A stretch of 64,000 nt of DNA from a virus. Location: positions 1 through 64,000 of the IMG/VR virus record IMGVR_UViG_3300020055_000005. The stretch is one strand, 5' to 3'. Each line of letters opens with the position of its first letter. Within the stretch, counting starts at the first letter, position 1. The notes beneath the pieces were generated by a model. The model saw nothing but the letters and a program-made list of their open reading frames with translations. It was not told the origin of the DNA and ran no database searches. This document shows, piece after piece, positions 27,602 to 35,377 of this stretch. Both the position numbers and the translations under genes were made by a program.

Positions 27602-28906
27602 TTATTTCGTACTAATATTATGAACCATTAAACTATTTGCAAAGAAGTTATGATGTGGACTGTCTACACCAAAGTGATAAACCATCTCTTCATCTGCTTC
27701 TTCTATAGATTCAATAATTGACTCTGATAAATTTTGTTTTAAAATTGCATTGTTGATGTCTTTAATTGCATCACCGATCTGCAATTCTCCGTTGACTTCT
27801 TTCATGTCATCGGCATGTCCTAATTCTACTTCTTTATTCCAATCTTCTAAATTAATAACCTTCCATCCCTGATCTTCAACATAGAATGGATGACCACCTG
27901 TTACTTTTAACCACCCACCGTCTGTAAGTTGTAGTTTATAAACTTTACACTCTCTTGGTTCCATGACATTTGATACACTTACTCTTTCCAGTTCGTTACT
28001 TTCTAGATTAAGTGAATACACCACATCACCCACTTGGATGTTTTCTATAGGTGTCATTGAAGTGTCACCCATCCAAACTTGTGTTCCAGCAGCGAAACAT
28101 CCTCCTCCACCGTAGAAGTAAACTGCTAAGAAACGGAAAGGATATGTATACGGTTGTTGCGAAGAACTAGGTTGTCTTGCGTTTGCAATATAAGGCACCC
28201 TATATGTAAACGGTGATCTAAATGCAACTGGTTGTCTTGCGTTAGCAATATAAGGTACTCGATATGTGAAAGGAGACCTAAATGCAACTGGTTGTCTTGC
28301 GTTTGCAGGATATCTAGCATTATACGTAAATGGTGTTTGACCGTTTGCAGGATATCTAGCATTTGCAGGATATCTAGCATCATACGTAAATGGTGTTTGT
28401 CCGTTTCTTATATTAGGTTGTTGTGCATTTACAGGGTTTCTATATGTAAATGGAGACCTATGGTTATAGGTAAACGGTGATCTGTGTTGATACGTAAATG
28501 GTGACCTATGTTGATATGTAAATGGTGACCTATGTTGATACGTAAATGGTGATCGACCTGTTGCCTGATACGTGAAAGGTGTTTGTGCGTTCCTTATATT
28601 AGGTTCTTGTGCATTTACTGGATTCTGATATTCTGCAGGTTGTCTTGCGTTTGCAATGTAAGGTGTTTGTGCGTTTGCAATGTAAGGATAAGGTTGTTGT
28701 GCGTTAGCAATATAAGGCGTCTGACTGTTTGCAATGTAAGGATAAGGATTTTGAGTTGCTTCTTGACCTGATGCATTATTCCACCCTGTAGGTGTCTTAA
28801 TATAAATCTGATCAACTGCTTTCCATGCTGTGGGAGTCTTTACCCATGCACCCCTAGTTGCATTCCAACCTGTAGGTGTTTTTACGCTTTGATTACCTGA
28901 TGCCAT
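27602..28906 (-). CDS. Pro/Tyr/Gln repeat protein A1 with three N-terminal KTPT-W repeats and a C-terminal Hint (intein-like) domain
   Basis: Repeats at aa 55-246, then GGGG|CFAAGT...TGGHPFY...VYHF...HNFFANSLMVHN-ISTK. Confidence 0.9.
   Translation of the reverse strand: MASGNQSVKTPTGWNATRGAWVKTPTAWKAVDQIYIKTPTGWNNASGQEATQNPYPYIANSQTPYIANAQQPYPYIANAQTPYIANARQPAEYQNPVNAQEPNIRNAQTPFTYQATGRSPFTYQHRSPFTYQHRSPFTYQHRSPFTYNHRSPFTYRNPVNAQQPNIRNGQTPFTYDARYPANARYPANGQTPFTYNARYPANARQPVAFRSPFTYRVPYIANARQPVAFRSPFTYRVPYIANARQPSSSQQPYTYPFRFLAVYFYGGGGCFAAGTQVWMGDTSMTPIENIQVGDVVYSLNLESNELERVSVSNVMEPRECKVYKLQLTDGGWLKVTGGHPFYVEDQGWKVINLEDWNKEVELGHADDMKEVNGELQIGDAIKDINNAILKQNLSESIIESIEEADEEMVYHFGVDSPHHNFFANSLMVHNISTK
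27617..28099 (-). other. Hint/BIL autoprocessing domain (aa 270-430), no homing endonuclease
   Basis: Cys1, block-B TxxHP, terminal His-Asn; the +1 residue is Ile. Confidence 0.9.
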
Positions 28907-28940
28907 TTACCTTTAATCCTCTAAAATATACTCCTATTTA

Positions 28941-30569
28941 TTAGGAGTATAAAATCCACAAATCACCAACTGCACCATCTGAAGAAGTTGGAGCAGAGGT
29001 TGATTGATACACATTCCTTGCAACACCACCACTGTTATTTGCGTAGTTTGTAGTAATTTGTGTAAATTCTACGTTTGATGATGTTGATACTGCCTGACCG
29101 ATTGCAACTTCACCTGAACTGATTGAAACACCAGTTCCTGCAGTGATATGAGCTCTTACTTCAGCAGCACTTGGCCCTGTGTATGTAATTGTTCCACCAC
29201 TGTATGCAAGTGAACCATCTCCACCAGCGTCAGTTACAGTAATTGCAGCTCTCGCTCTTGTATCAGTATAATACAAGTTGGATGACCCTTCTGAAACATC
29301 GTCTGTATCATGGTTTGACACATCTGAAACTGTTCCAGTTACATTACCAGTTAGGTTACCTTCGAATGTTCCTGCAACAAAAGTTTCTGAACCTACTGTC
29401 CATTTGTCATTTGTTTCGTCCCAAAGAAGTGTCTTAGCAGTAGAACCACCTCTAGTGACACTAATACCTGTATCTTCTGTAGGTGAACCTGAAGTGAAGT
29501 TACTGTTTAATGCAATGATATTATCTGCAAGGTTAATTGTTTCTGAGTTTACAGTTGTTGTAGTTCCTGAAACTGTTAAGTCACCTGAGACTGTTAGTGA
29601 ATCATTAACTGCAACTACACCTGTTCCGTTTGCAGTAAGAACTAGGTTTGTATCTGCACTTCTTGACTCAATTGCATCTACATCAATTGAGTTTGAAAAT
29701 GAGATTGCATTTCCATCTGATGAAGCAACGTTTGAACCTGCCTGTACTGAGATCGGCCCTTTTAATTGGATACTACCTGAACCTGTTGGGTCTAATTCAA
29801 CGTCACCTGAACCTGATGTTTGGACACTAACATTTTGGTTCGCATCAGCAGAAACAACGATTGTTCCTGAACTATCTGATACTACTTGTTGACCGTTAAC
29901 ATATAATGACCCTGGCCCGACATACACATCTCTCCAAGTATATGAAGATGAACCTAAGTCGTATGTGTTGTCTGCACTTGGTACGATATGACCTGTTACG
30001 TCTGAATCTGCAGTAAGTGTTATACCTGCGAATGAAGGTTTATCTGAAGTTCCAACTGCCTGACCGATACTAACTTCACCTGAACTGATTCCAACACCAG
30101 TTCCAGCAGTGATATGTGCCTGTACTTCTGATGCACTAGGCCCTGTGTAAGTGAGTACACCTGTACTGTTATCGTATGCAAGTGAACCATCTCCACCTGA
30201 ATCTGTTACTGAAATCTTTCCTCTGATAGCAGCGTCAGTAATTGATAAATCAACTGCACCGTCTCCTGCATCATCGTAAGATGCAGTAATGTTAGTATGT
30301 GAACCGTTAGTTACTAACTGAGCACCAACGATATCTTGAATTTCTTCTTCAGTTTTACCAGTTGATGAGATTGTGATAGTGTCGTTTGTATCATCATAAG
30401 TTACAGTTGTTGAACCTGAACCTTGAATGATACCACCAATCTTATCTGCAATTGCTTCGTCTAAAGCAGTTCCTACTGCACTTGCAGTGATACTACCTGA
30501 ACTATCAATGACTTCGGTTGTACCAACCGTAAGTCCGTTCTTGATTATGAAATTCTTTTCTCCTGCCAT
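28941..30569 (-). CDS. Tail fibre protein
   Basis: G/S/T-rich; internal repeats (DGSLAY...TYTGPSA.EV.AHITAGTGV); L.VSG..TTVNS motif; C-terminal SAP..SDGAVGDLW. Confidence 0.85.
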   Translation of the reverse strand: MAGEKNFIIKNGLTVGTTEVIDSSGSITASAVGTALDEAIADKIGGIIQGSGSTTVTYDDTNDTITISSTGKTEEEIQDIVGAQLVTNGSHTNITASYDDAGDGAVDLSITDAAIRGKISVTDSGGDGSLAYDNSTGVLTYTGPSASEVQAHITAGTGVGISSGEVSIGQAVGTSDKPSFAGITLTADSDVTGHIVPSADNTYDLGSSSYTWRDVYVGPGSLYVNGQQVVSDSSGTIVVSADANQNVSVQTSGSGDVELDPTGSGSIQLKGPISVQAGSNVASSDGNAISFSNSIDVDAIESRSADTNLVLTANGTGVVAVNDSLTVSGDLTVSGTTTTVNSETINLADNIIALNSNFTSGSPTEDTGISVTRGGSTAKTLLWDETNDKWTVGSETFVAGTFEGNLTGNVTGTVSDVSNHDTDDVSEGSSNLYYTDTRARAAITVTDAGGDGSLAYSGGTITYTGPSAAEVRAHITAGTGVSISSGEVAIGQAVSTSSNVEFTQITTNYANNSGGVARNVYQSTSAPTSSDGAVGDLWILYS

Positions 30570-30802
30570 TAGATACTACCTCCATCAATTTGCACGTTTG
30601 CAAGTGTTTTTGATGCAGAACTATCGGCGAGATGTGTGTCTACTCTTGAAGTAGAAAAATACAAATTACTTGACCCTTCTGAAAGGTTGTCGGTGTCTAA
30701 GTCTGAGATTGCAGCTGCTTGTAATTTACCTGAACTGTTAATAATTTCCGTAGACCCAACTGTCAAACCGTATTCGATAACAAATGTGTTTTTAGTTGCC
30801 AT
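30569..30802 (-). CDS. Small fibre-associated protein
   Basis: N-terminus paralogous to the 542-aa fibre; DTD.LSEGSSNLY motif; ends IDGGSI. Confidence 0.75.
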   Translation of the reverse strand: MATKNTFVIEYGLTVGSTEIINSSGKLQAAAISDLDTDNLSEGSSNLYFSTSRVDTHLADSSASKTLANVQIDGGSI

Positions 30803-30867
30803 TTTTCGTGTGTCCTATGTCAAAATGTGGGTTATTATACTTTTATTTATGAAAGTATGACGTTCAA

Positions 30868-31704
30868 TCAAACATCTATTTCAATTTTTTTATATTTAAA
30901 TACAGTTGAATTGGTTGAAGCAGGTGAAATTTTTAGTTTCACATTACCACTTTCAATTGCAACTGAGAATGTAGCGAGTTCCGTAGTTCCTCCTGCAAGT
31001 ACGGTACCAAACTGAGAGAAGAATGCATTACTTCCATCATGTAATACATGTATCTCAGTCATCTGATATTCAGATGCAGTAGAATCGGATATCGATATAG
31101 TATATTTAACAGATCGATACGTTGAAGCGGAGAAAGAATCTAAATCGGTTTCTGATGTCGAGGTAGTTGTTGCAGTTCCTGAAGTTAATCCTGTTCCTGC
31201 ATCCTGAAATGATAGTGTACCACTACCATTGGTTGTGAGAACTTGACCATTTGTTCCATCTGTTGTTGGATATGCAATGTTTGAACCAGTGATACTATTC
31301 GTTACATTAAGTGTCGTTGCAGTCAAATCTCCTACTTCTAAGGCTGCTTTTGCGTATCCTGTTCCTGAAGTGTTGACTGTTGTAGTTGGTTCAACCTCTA
31401 AACCATCGAATAGTTTCCAAGTAGAATCTGATGCATCTCTGAATAAACCTGTGTATTCACTTGCACCTCCATCTGATAAACCATCATCATAATTACCATA
31501 CAAACCAATGTCAAGTGTGTCAGAACTCGTATTTGCATTTGCGAGTTCAAGCATTGAGTCTGCGACTGATGTAGTTGTTGAGTTAACTGTAATTGTTGTT
31601 CCATTTACAGTGAGGTTGCCTGCAATCGTAGTGTTACCATCGACAATCAAATCACCATTTGTAGAAAGCCCAATATCCGATAATAATTTTTGTTTTGTCG
31701 CCAT
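30868..31704 (-). CDS. Fibre/virion structural protein
   Basis: [22 protein letters not shown] repeat, shared C-terminal beta domain. Confidence 0.8.
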   Translation of the reverse strand: MATKQKLLSDIGLSTNGDLIVDGNTTIAGNLTVNGTTITVNSTTTSVADSMLELANANTSSDTLDIGLYGNYDDGLSDGGASEYTGLFRDASDSTWKLFDGLEVEPTTTVNTSGTGYAKAALEVGDLTATTLNVTNSITGSNIAYPTTDGTNGQVLTTNGSGTLSFQDAGTGLTSGTATTTSTSETDLDSFSASTYRSVKYTISISDSTASEYQMTEIHVLHDGSNAFFSQFGTVLAGGTTELATFSVAIESGNVKLKISPASTNSTVFKYKKIEIDV

Positions 31705-31709
31705 AGTAC

Positions 31710-31717
31710 TATTTATA
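31710..31717 (-). promoter_or_regulatory. Late promoter TATAAATA
   Basis: Exact consensus. Confidence 0.7.
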
Positions 31718-31735
31718 CTTTTTTAAAAGTACAGA

Positions 31736-31766
31736 TAAAAAGAAGGGGACGTAGTGTCCCCCTCTA
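31736..31766 (-). terminator. Rho-independent terminator
   Basis: Minus strand AGAGGGGGAC-ACTAC-GTCCCCTTCT then TTTT. Confidence 0.75.
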
Positions 31767-31784
31767 AAGATTGCTTACTGTTAA

Positions 31785-32195
31785 TTAAGCGTCAACTACA
31801 ATCCTATCGAATTGGATAACTGTAGAAGATGAAGATGCTGGTGTTACCAACAATCTTACATCACTTCCGTCGATATCTGCATCGAAAGTTGCAAGTGAAC
31901 TAGACTTCAGTGTACCATATTGAGTCATTGTTACACTACTACCATCGTGGACAAGCATAACTTCTGTTGAATGGAAGTCACTACCTTGTGACATAGCGAC
32001 GATATAACGTGCAGCTCTGAAATCTGTCTTTGCAAAGGTGTCGAGACTAAACTCAGTTGTAGAGGTTCTTGTTGAATTACCTCTCTTTGAGTTTTTATCT
32101 CTTGTTTTCTTTGCAGTAACGATTTCATCATTTGACGTATCGTATGAGAATACACGAATTAACTCAGCAATTTTAAAAGCATTTGTCTTAGCCAT
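31785..32195 (-). CDS. Virion structural protein (stand-alone copy of the shared C-terminal domain)
   Basis: LDTF...FRAARY...EV..VHDG....QYG...LATF. Confidence 0.75.
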   Translation of the reverse strand: MAKTNAFKIAELIRVFSYDTSNDEIVTAKKTRDKNSKRGNSTRTSTTEFSLDTFAKTDFRAARYIVAMSQGSDFHSTEVMLVHDGSSVTMTQYGTLKSSSLATFDADIDGSDVRLLVTPASSSSTVIQFDRIVVDA

Positions 32196-32208
32196 TTCTT
32201 ATATCCTC

Positions 32209-33033
32209 CTATGACATCCTAATTTGGAATGTATCCACTGTTGTATTAGTGTTAACAGGTGTAATGAGAAGTCTCATATTACCTGAATTAACGTCTGAAC
32301 TCAATGAGAACAATGATGCGTTTGAATATGTATCACCGTATTGTACGAAGTACGCATTCGACCCATCATTGATCAATAACACTTCTGCGGCATGTGTTCC
32401 TGCACTCGCATGAGTGGCAGTAATCACATACTTCACAGCCTTGTTTGCAACTGCATTAGATGATAAAACTTGATCAGATGTTGTTGCAGTGAAAGTATTT
32501 GCAGTAAAGAAACCTTGAACTAAGTTCGCAGCCTCTGTGATTGCAACTACTTCTACAACGTCACCTGAAATGGCGTTCTCAGTAAGTGTAATAACTGTAC
32601 TACTTGTTGCAGTATAGTCAGAACCTGAGACTAACTTAACACCGTTAATATACACTTGTTCTGTTCCTGAGGAATATGAAAGTGTATTACTATTATCATC
32701 TGCACCTGTAATTGAAGTACCAGTTGATGTAATAGAGTAGGTAAAAGTTACAACCCCTGAAGACGGTTGAGCGGCGAAACTTATTGTTCCACTACCATCT
32801 GTCTGTAGGACTTGACCTGAAGTACCATCTGAAGTTGGGAAAGAGTACGCATCGTTAACAGTAAGAGTTGCAGGATTTGACCCTACTTCAACAATTGAAG
32901 CAGAACCATCATCCTTCTCAGTATAGACTCTACCGTGATAGGTATTAATACCTATCTCACCTAATGATAAATCACTAGTTGATGGTACAGAATTCTGAGT
33001 TGAACTCCTCTTGAATTGAATTACTGTTGCCAT
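32209..33033 (-). CDS. Fibre protein with Mtd-N-like N-terminus
   Basis: VIQFKRS...P...L..GE; VYINGVKL module; shared C-terminal domain. Confidence 0.8.
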   Translation of the reverse strand: MATVIQFKRSSTQNSVPSTSDLSLGEIGINTYHGRVYTEKDDGSASIVEVGSNPATLTVNDAYSFPTSDGTSGQVLQTDGSGTISFAAQPSSGVVTFTYSITSTGTSITGADDNSNTLSYSSGTEQVYINGVKLVSGSDYTATSSTVITLTENAISGDVVEVVAITEAANLVQGFFTANTFTATTSDQVLSSNAVANKAVKYVITATHASAGTHAAEVLLINDGSNAYFVQYGDTYSNASLFSLSSDVNSGNMRLLITPVNTNTTVDTFQIRMS

Positions 33034-33062
33034 TTGCTACTCCTGTTATAGACTAAGTGTTA

Positions 33063-34634
33063 TTAAAATGTTCCACCGTCGATAGCAGTAATGCTTACAG
33101 CTCCTGAACTCACTGTAAAGTTATTTGAATCGTAAGAAGCAATACCTTTTGCAGATGTTGTTGCATCGTCGATAGCAACATCACCTGAAGTTACAGTGAA
33201 ATATGAACCTGAGAATGAAGCAATACCTTTATTTGAGTCTGTTGCATCCTCACCTGCGATAGTGATAGCACCATCTGCATTAGTGATGTCAACACCTTCT
33301 CCAGCTGTTAAAGCTGCAAGTTCCATGTCTCCGTTAGAGCCATTACCAATCATCAATTGACCTGCTGTTGGAGCAGCGCCGTCTAATGATGTGATTGAAC
33401 CTGAAAGTGCAAGACCTGATGCCTCTAAACCACCAAATACTGCGTTACCGACTGAACCTGAGAATACTGATGAAGAGTCAGTTGCATCTTGGATGAACTT
33501 AAACTTACCATCTGAATCGTCCATACCAAAGAAACCAACTTTAGCAGCTGAACCATTGTGCCACTTAAATTTGATACCTCTGTCTAGGTTGTCATCTGAT
33601 GCATCATCACCGATTTCAAATACAGGGTCTGCAACTGAAGTAGTTGTAGAGTTTACAGTTGTAGTTGTACCATTAACAGTTAAGTTTCCTGAAACTGTTA
33701 AGTTACCTGAAGCAGCGATATTAGTTGATGTAATATCGTCTGATGTCAGTGTACCGTCTACTTGAACATTGTTAAATTGAACGTTGTCAGATGTACCAAC
33801 TGACTGACCAATTGCAAATGTAACTGCTTGGTTAGCGGCAGATGTTGTTACACCTGTTCCACCTGTGAAAGTGATTGATTGTGAATCTAAATCGATTGCA
33901 CCAGTACCACTGTCAGCAGCGACATCTAAGTCTTGAGCTGTTACTTGAGAGTCAACGTATGCTTTAACTGATTGTTGTGAAGGAACTTTGACATCTGAAT
34001 CAGAAGACATGTCATCTTCGTCAACAAAGAAGTCAATCATACCGAGTTCAACAGCGCTGTTTGCGATTGTTACAGCACCTGCTGAATCCATTGTTACATC
34101 ACCACTGATTGCTACGTTATCAAATGAATCTGAACCGTCATGGACAAGAATGTGTCCTGATGCAGGGCTAGAAATATCTGAGTCTGTTGCGCCAGCAAGT
34201 GTTGAAGTAGTAGATAGGAATGAAAGTGAACCACTTCCGTCTGTTCCTAGTACTTGGTTTGCACTACCATCTGCTGAAGGTAATGTAAACGTTACATTAG
34301 AAGCTACTGAATCAGGAGCTTTAAGTGCTACATAGTTTACACCATTGTCAGAATCTTCTAATAACTGAACCTCACCACCAGCAGTCGAACCATTACCAAC
34401 TTTAAAGTTAGCAGGTGTTGCAGAAGAACCTGCAAGAATGTCTGTGTAGTATTTACCACCAATCGCATGGATTAATGGGGTTGAGTTATCGGAATCAACT
34501 GATTCGATAAACAGTTTAGCACCAGCACCTGAATTACTTCTGTCCTGAATATACGCTAATTCACCTTCCGATAAATCTGATACTGTAGGCGCAGAAGAAC
34601 CAGTACTTCTTTTAATTTGAATTACTGTTGCCAT
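33063..34634 (-). CDS. Tail fibre protein with Mtd-N-like N-terminus
   Basis: VIQIKRS...L.EGELA; LPSADG..QVL; [11 protein letters not shown]; AT...KGIA repeats; ends IDGGTF. Confidence 0.85.
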   Translation of the reverse strand: MATVIQIKRSTGSSAPTVSDLSEGELAYIQDRSNSGAGAKLFIESVDSDNSTPLIHAIGGKYYTDILAGSSATPANFKVGNGSTAGGEVQLLEDSDNGVNYVALKAPDSVASNVTFTLPSADGSANQVLGTDGSGSLSFLSTTSTLAGATDSDISSPASGHILVHDGSDSFDNVAISGDVTMDSAGAVTIANSAVELGMIDFFVDEDDMSSDSDVKVPSQQSVKAYVDSQVTAQDLDVAADSGTGAIDLDSQSITFTGGTGVTTSAANQAVTFAIGQSVGTSDNVQFNNVQVDGTLTSDDITSTNIAASGNLTVSGNLTVNGTTTTVNSTTTSVADPVFEIGDDASDDNLDRGIKFKWHNGSAAKVGFFGMDDSDGKFKFIQDATDSSSVFSGSVGNAVFGGLEASGLALSGSITSLDGAAPTAGQLMIGNGSNGDMELAALTAGEGVDITNADGAITIAGEDATDSNKGIASFSGSYFTVTSGDVAIDDATTSAKGIASYDSNNFTVSSGAVSITAIDGGTF

Positions 34635-34682
34635 TTTTTTCTCCTAAAAAATTTTATTTTTTATAAAAGTAATTTACGTAAA

Positions 34683-34759
34683 TTTCTCTTCACTATCCGA
34701 GAAAGATCATTATATATACAGTCCTCTCACTATGAGGGTCGTGTCTCACTGAATGACAC
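34683..34759 (-). promoter_or_regulatory. Three tandem RNA stem-loops with AGUGA-containing loops in the 5' leader of the 523-aa fibre gene
   Basis: GUGUC-AUUCAGUGA-GACAC, CCUC-AUAGUGA-GAGG, UUUCUC-GGAUAGUGAA-GAGAAA. Confidence 0.55.
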
Positions 34760-34774
34760 CTTGATTTGTAATAG

Positions 34775-34782
34775 TATTTATA
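34775..34782 (-). promoter_or_regulatory. Late promoter TATAAATA
   Basis: Exact consensus. Confidence 0.7.
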
Positions 34783-34785
34783 AAA

Positions 34786-35034
34786 CTAGAATGTTCCACC
34801 ATCTATTGATGTGGTTGTTTCCCACTTATCAGTAGTTGCGTTGTATGAGAGAAGTCCATCATCTGTTTCAGATGCATTAACATCTGATAACTCTTGAATT
34901 GATTTAGTTGCAAGATTAACACTTGTTGATGAGTTACCGATTGCAACTTGTTTTGCACGTATATTTGTTGCACCTGCAATCCTAGCACCAACTGAACCTG
35001 TCGATCTATTTAATGTCCCTTTAATGTTTGCCAT
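34786..35034 (-). CDS. Small fibre-associated protein
   Basis: L.DV......LLSYN....KW module; ends IDGGTF. Confidence 0.75.
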   Translation of the reverse strand: MANIKGTLNRSTGSVGARIAGATNIRAKQVAIGNSSTSVNLATKSIQELSDVNASETDDGLLSYNATTDKWETTTSIDGGTF

Positions 35035-35036
35035 AA

Positions 35037-35369
35037 TTAACTCCTCGTTACTCCTGGCGTTACAATCGCTTGTCCTTCTATAACTCTAGTTGTATTTGAA
35101 CCACTAGTTATATTTAGATCATAAACATATCTTCCAGCATTCAATGCAGCAGTTTGAGTGTCATCAAGTGATAATGTAACCTGTCCAGTTGCAGCTGCAA
35201 TACTAGTTCCAAATGTCGCAGAGACAGTAGAAGAACTATATGTTTTTCTTATCTGTGCGGCCGCAGTATATCCATTTAAGTCTAAGATATCACCTGCTGA
35301 GTCAGTCACATCAACAGTAATACTGAAGTCTGTTCCTTGATCTATGTATAGGTTTGCAATTATAGCCAT
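35037..35369 (-). CDS. Virion structural adaptor (Ig-like; QG.DF...YVYD...R..EG...TPGV)
   Basis: Motif pattern typical of small T4-like structural proteins; late promoter at 35375-35382. Confidence 0.75.
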   Translation of the reverse strand: MAIIANLYIDQGTDFSITVDVTDSAGDILDLNGYTAAAQIRKTYSSSTVSATFGTSIAAATGQVTLSLDDTQTAALNAGRYVYDLNITSGSNTTRVIEGQAIVTPGVTRS

Positions 35370-35377
35370 ATAACTAT

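Noticed and set aside
27617-28099. Canonical mobile intein
   Set aside because: No homing endonuclease, the +1 residue is Ile, and the C-extein is only 4 aa.
26939-28744. Recurring DNA motifs (e.g. tatatgtaaatggtgacc) resembling a CRISPR array or satellite
   Set aside because: Variation is at synonymous positions, spacing is in multiples of 3, there are no unique spacers and no cas genes. These are coding repeats.
26882-28906. Mirror symmetry caused by a DNA inverted repeat or sense-antisense coding
   Set aside because: Both genes are on the same strand, and the reverse complement of FTY codons does not encode the partner's ANA/NIR units. The symmetry exists only at the protein level.
22380-28906. 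Multi-core RiPP precursor plus tailoring enzymes
   Set aside because: There is no leader/core or protease-site pattern and no peptidase or transporter. The exact mirrored register and fibre context fit a structural filament better, though modification is still plausible.
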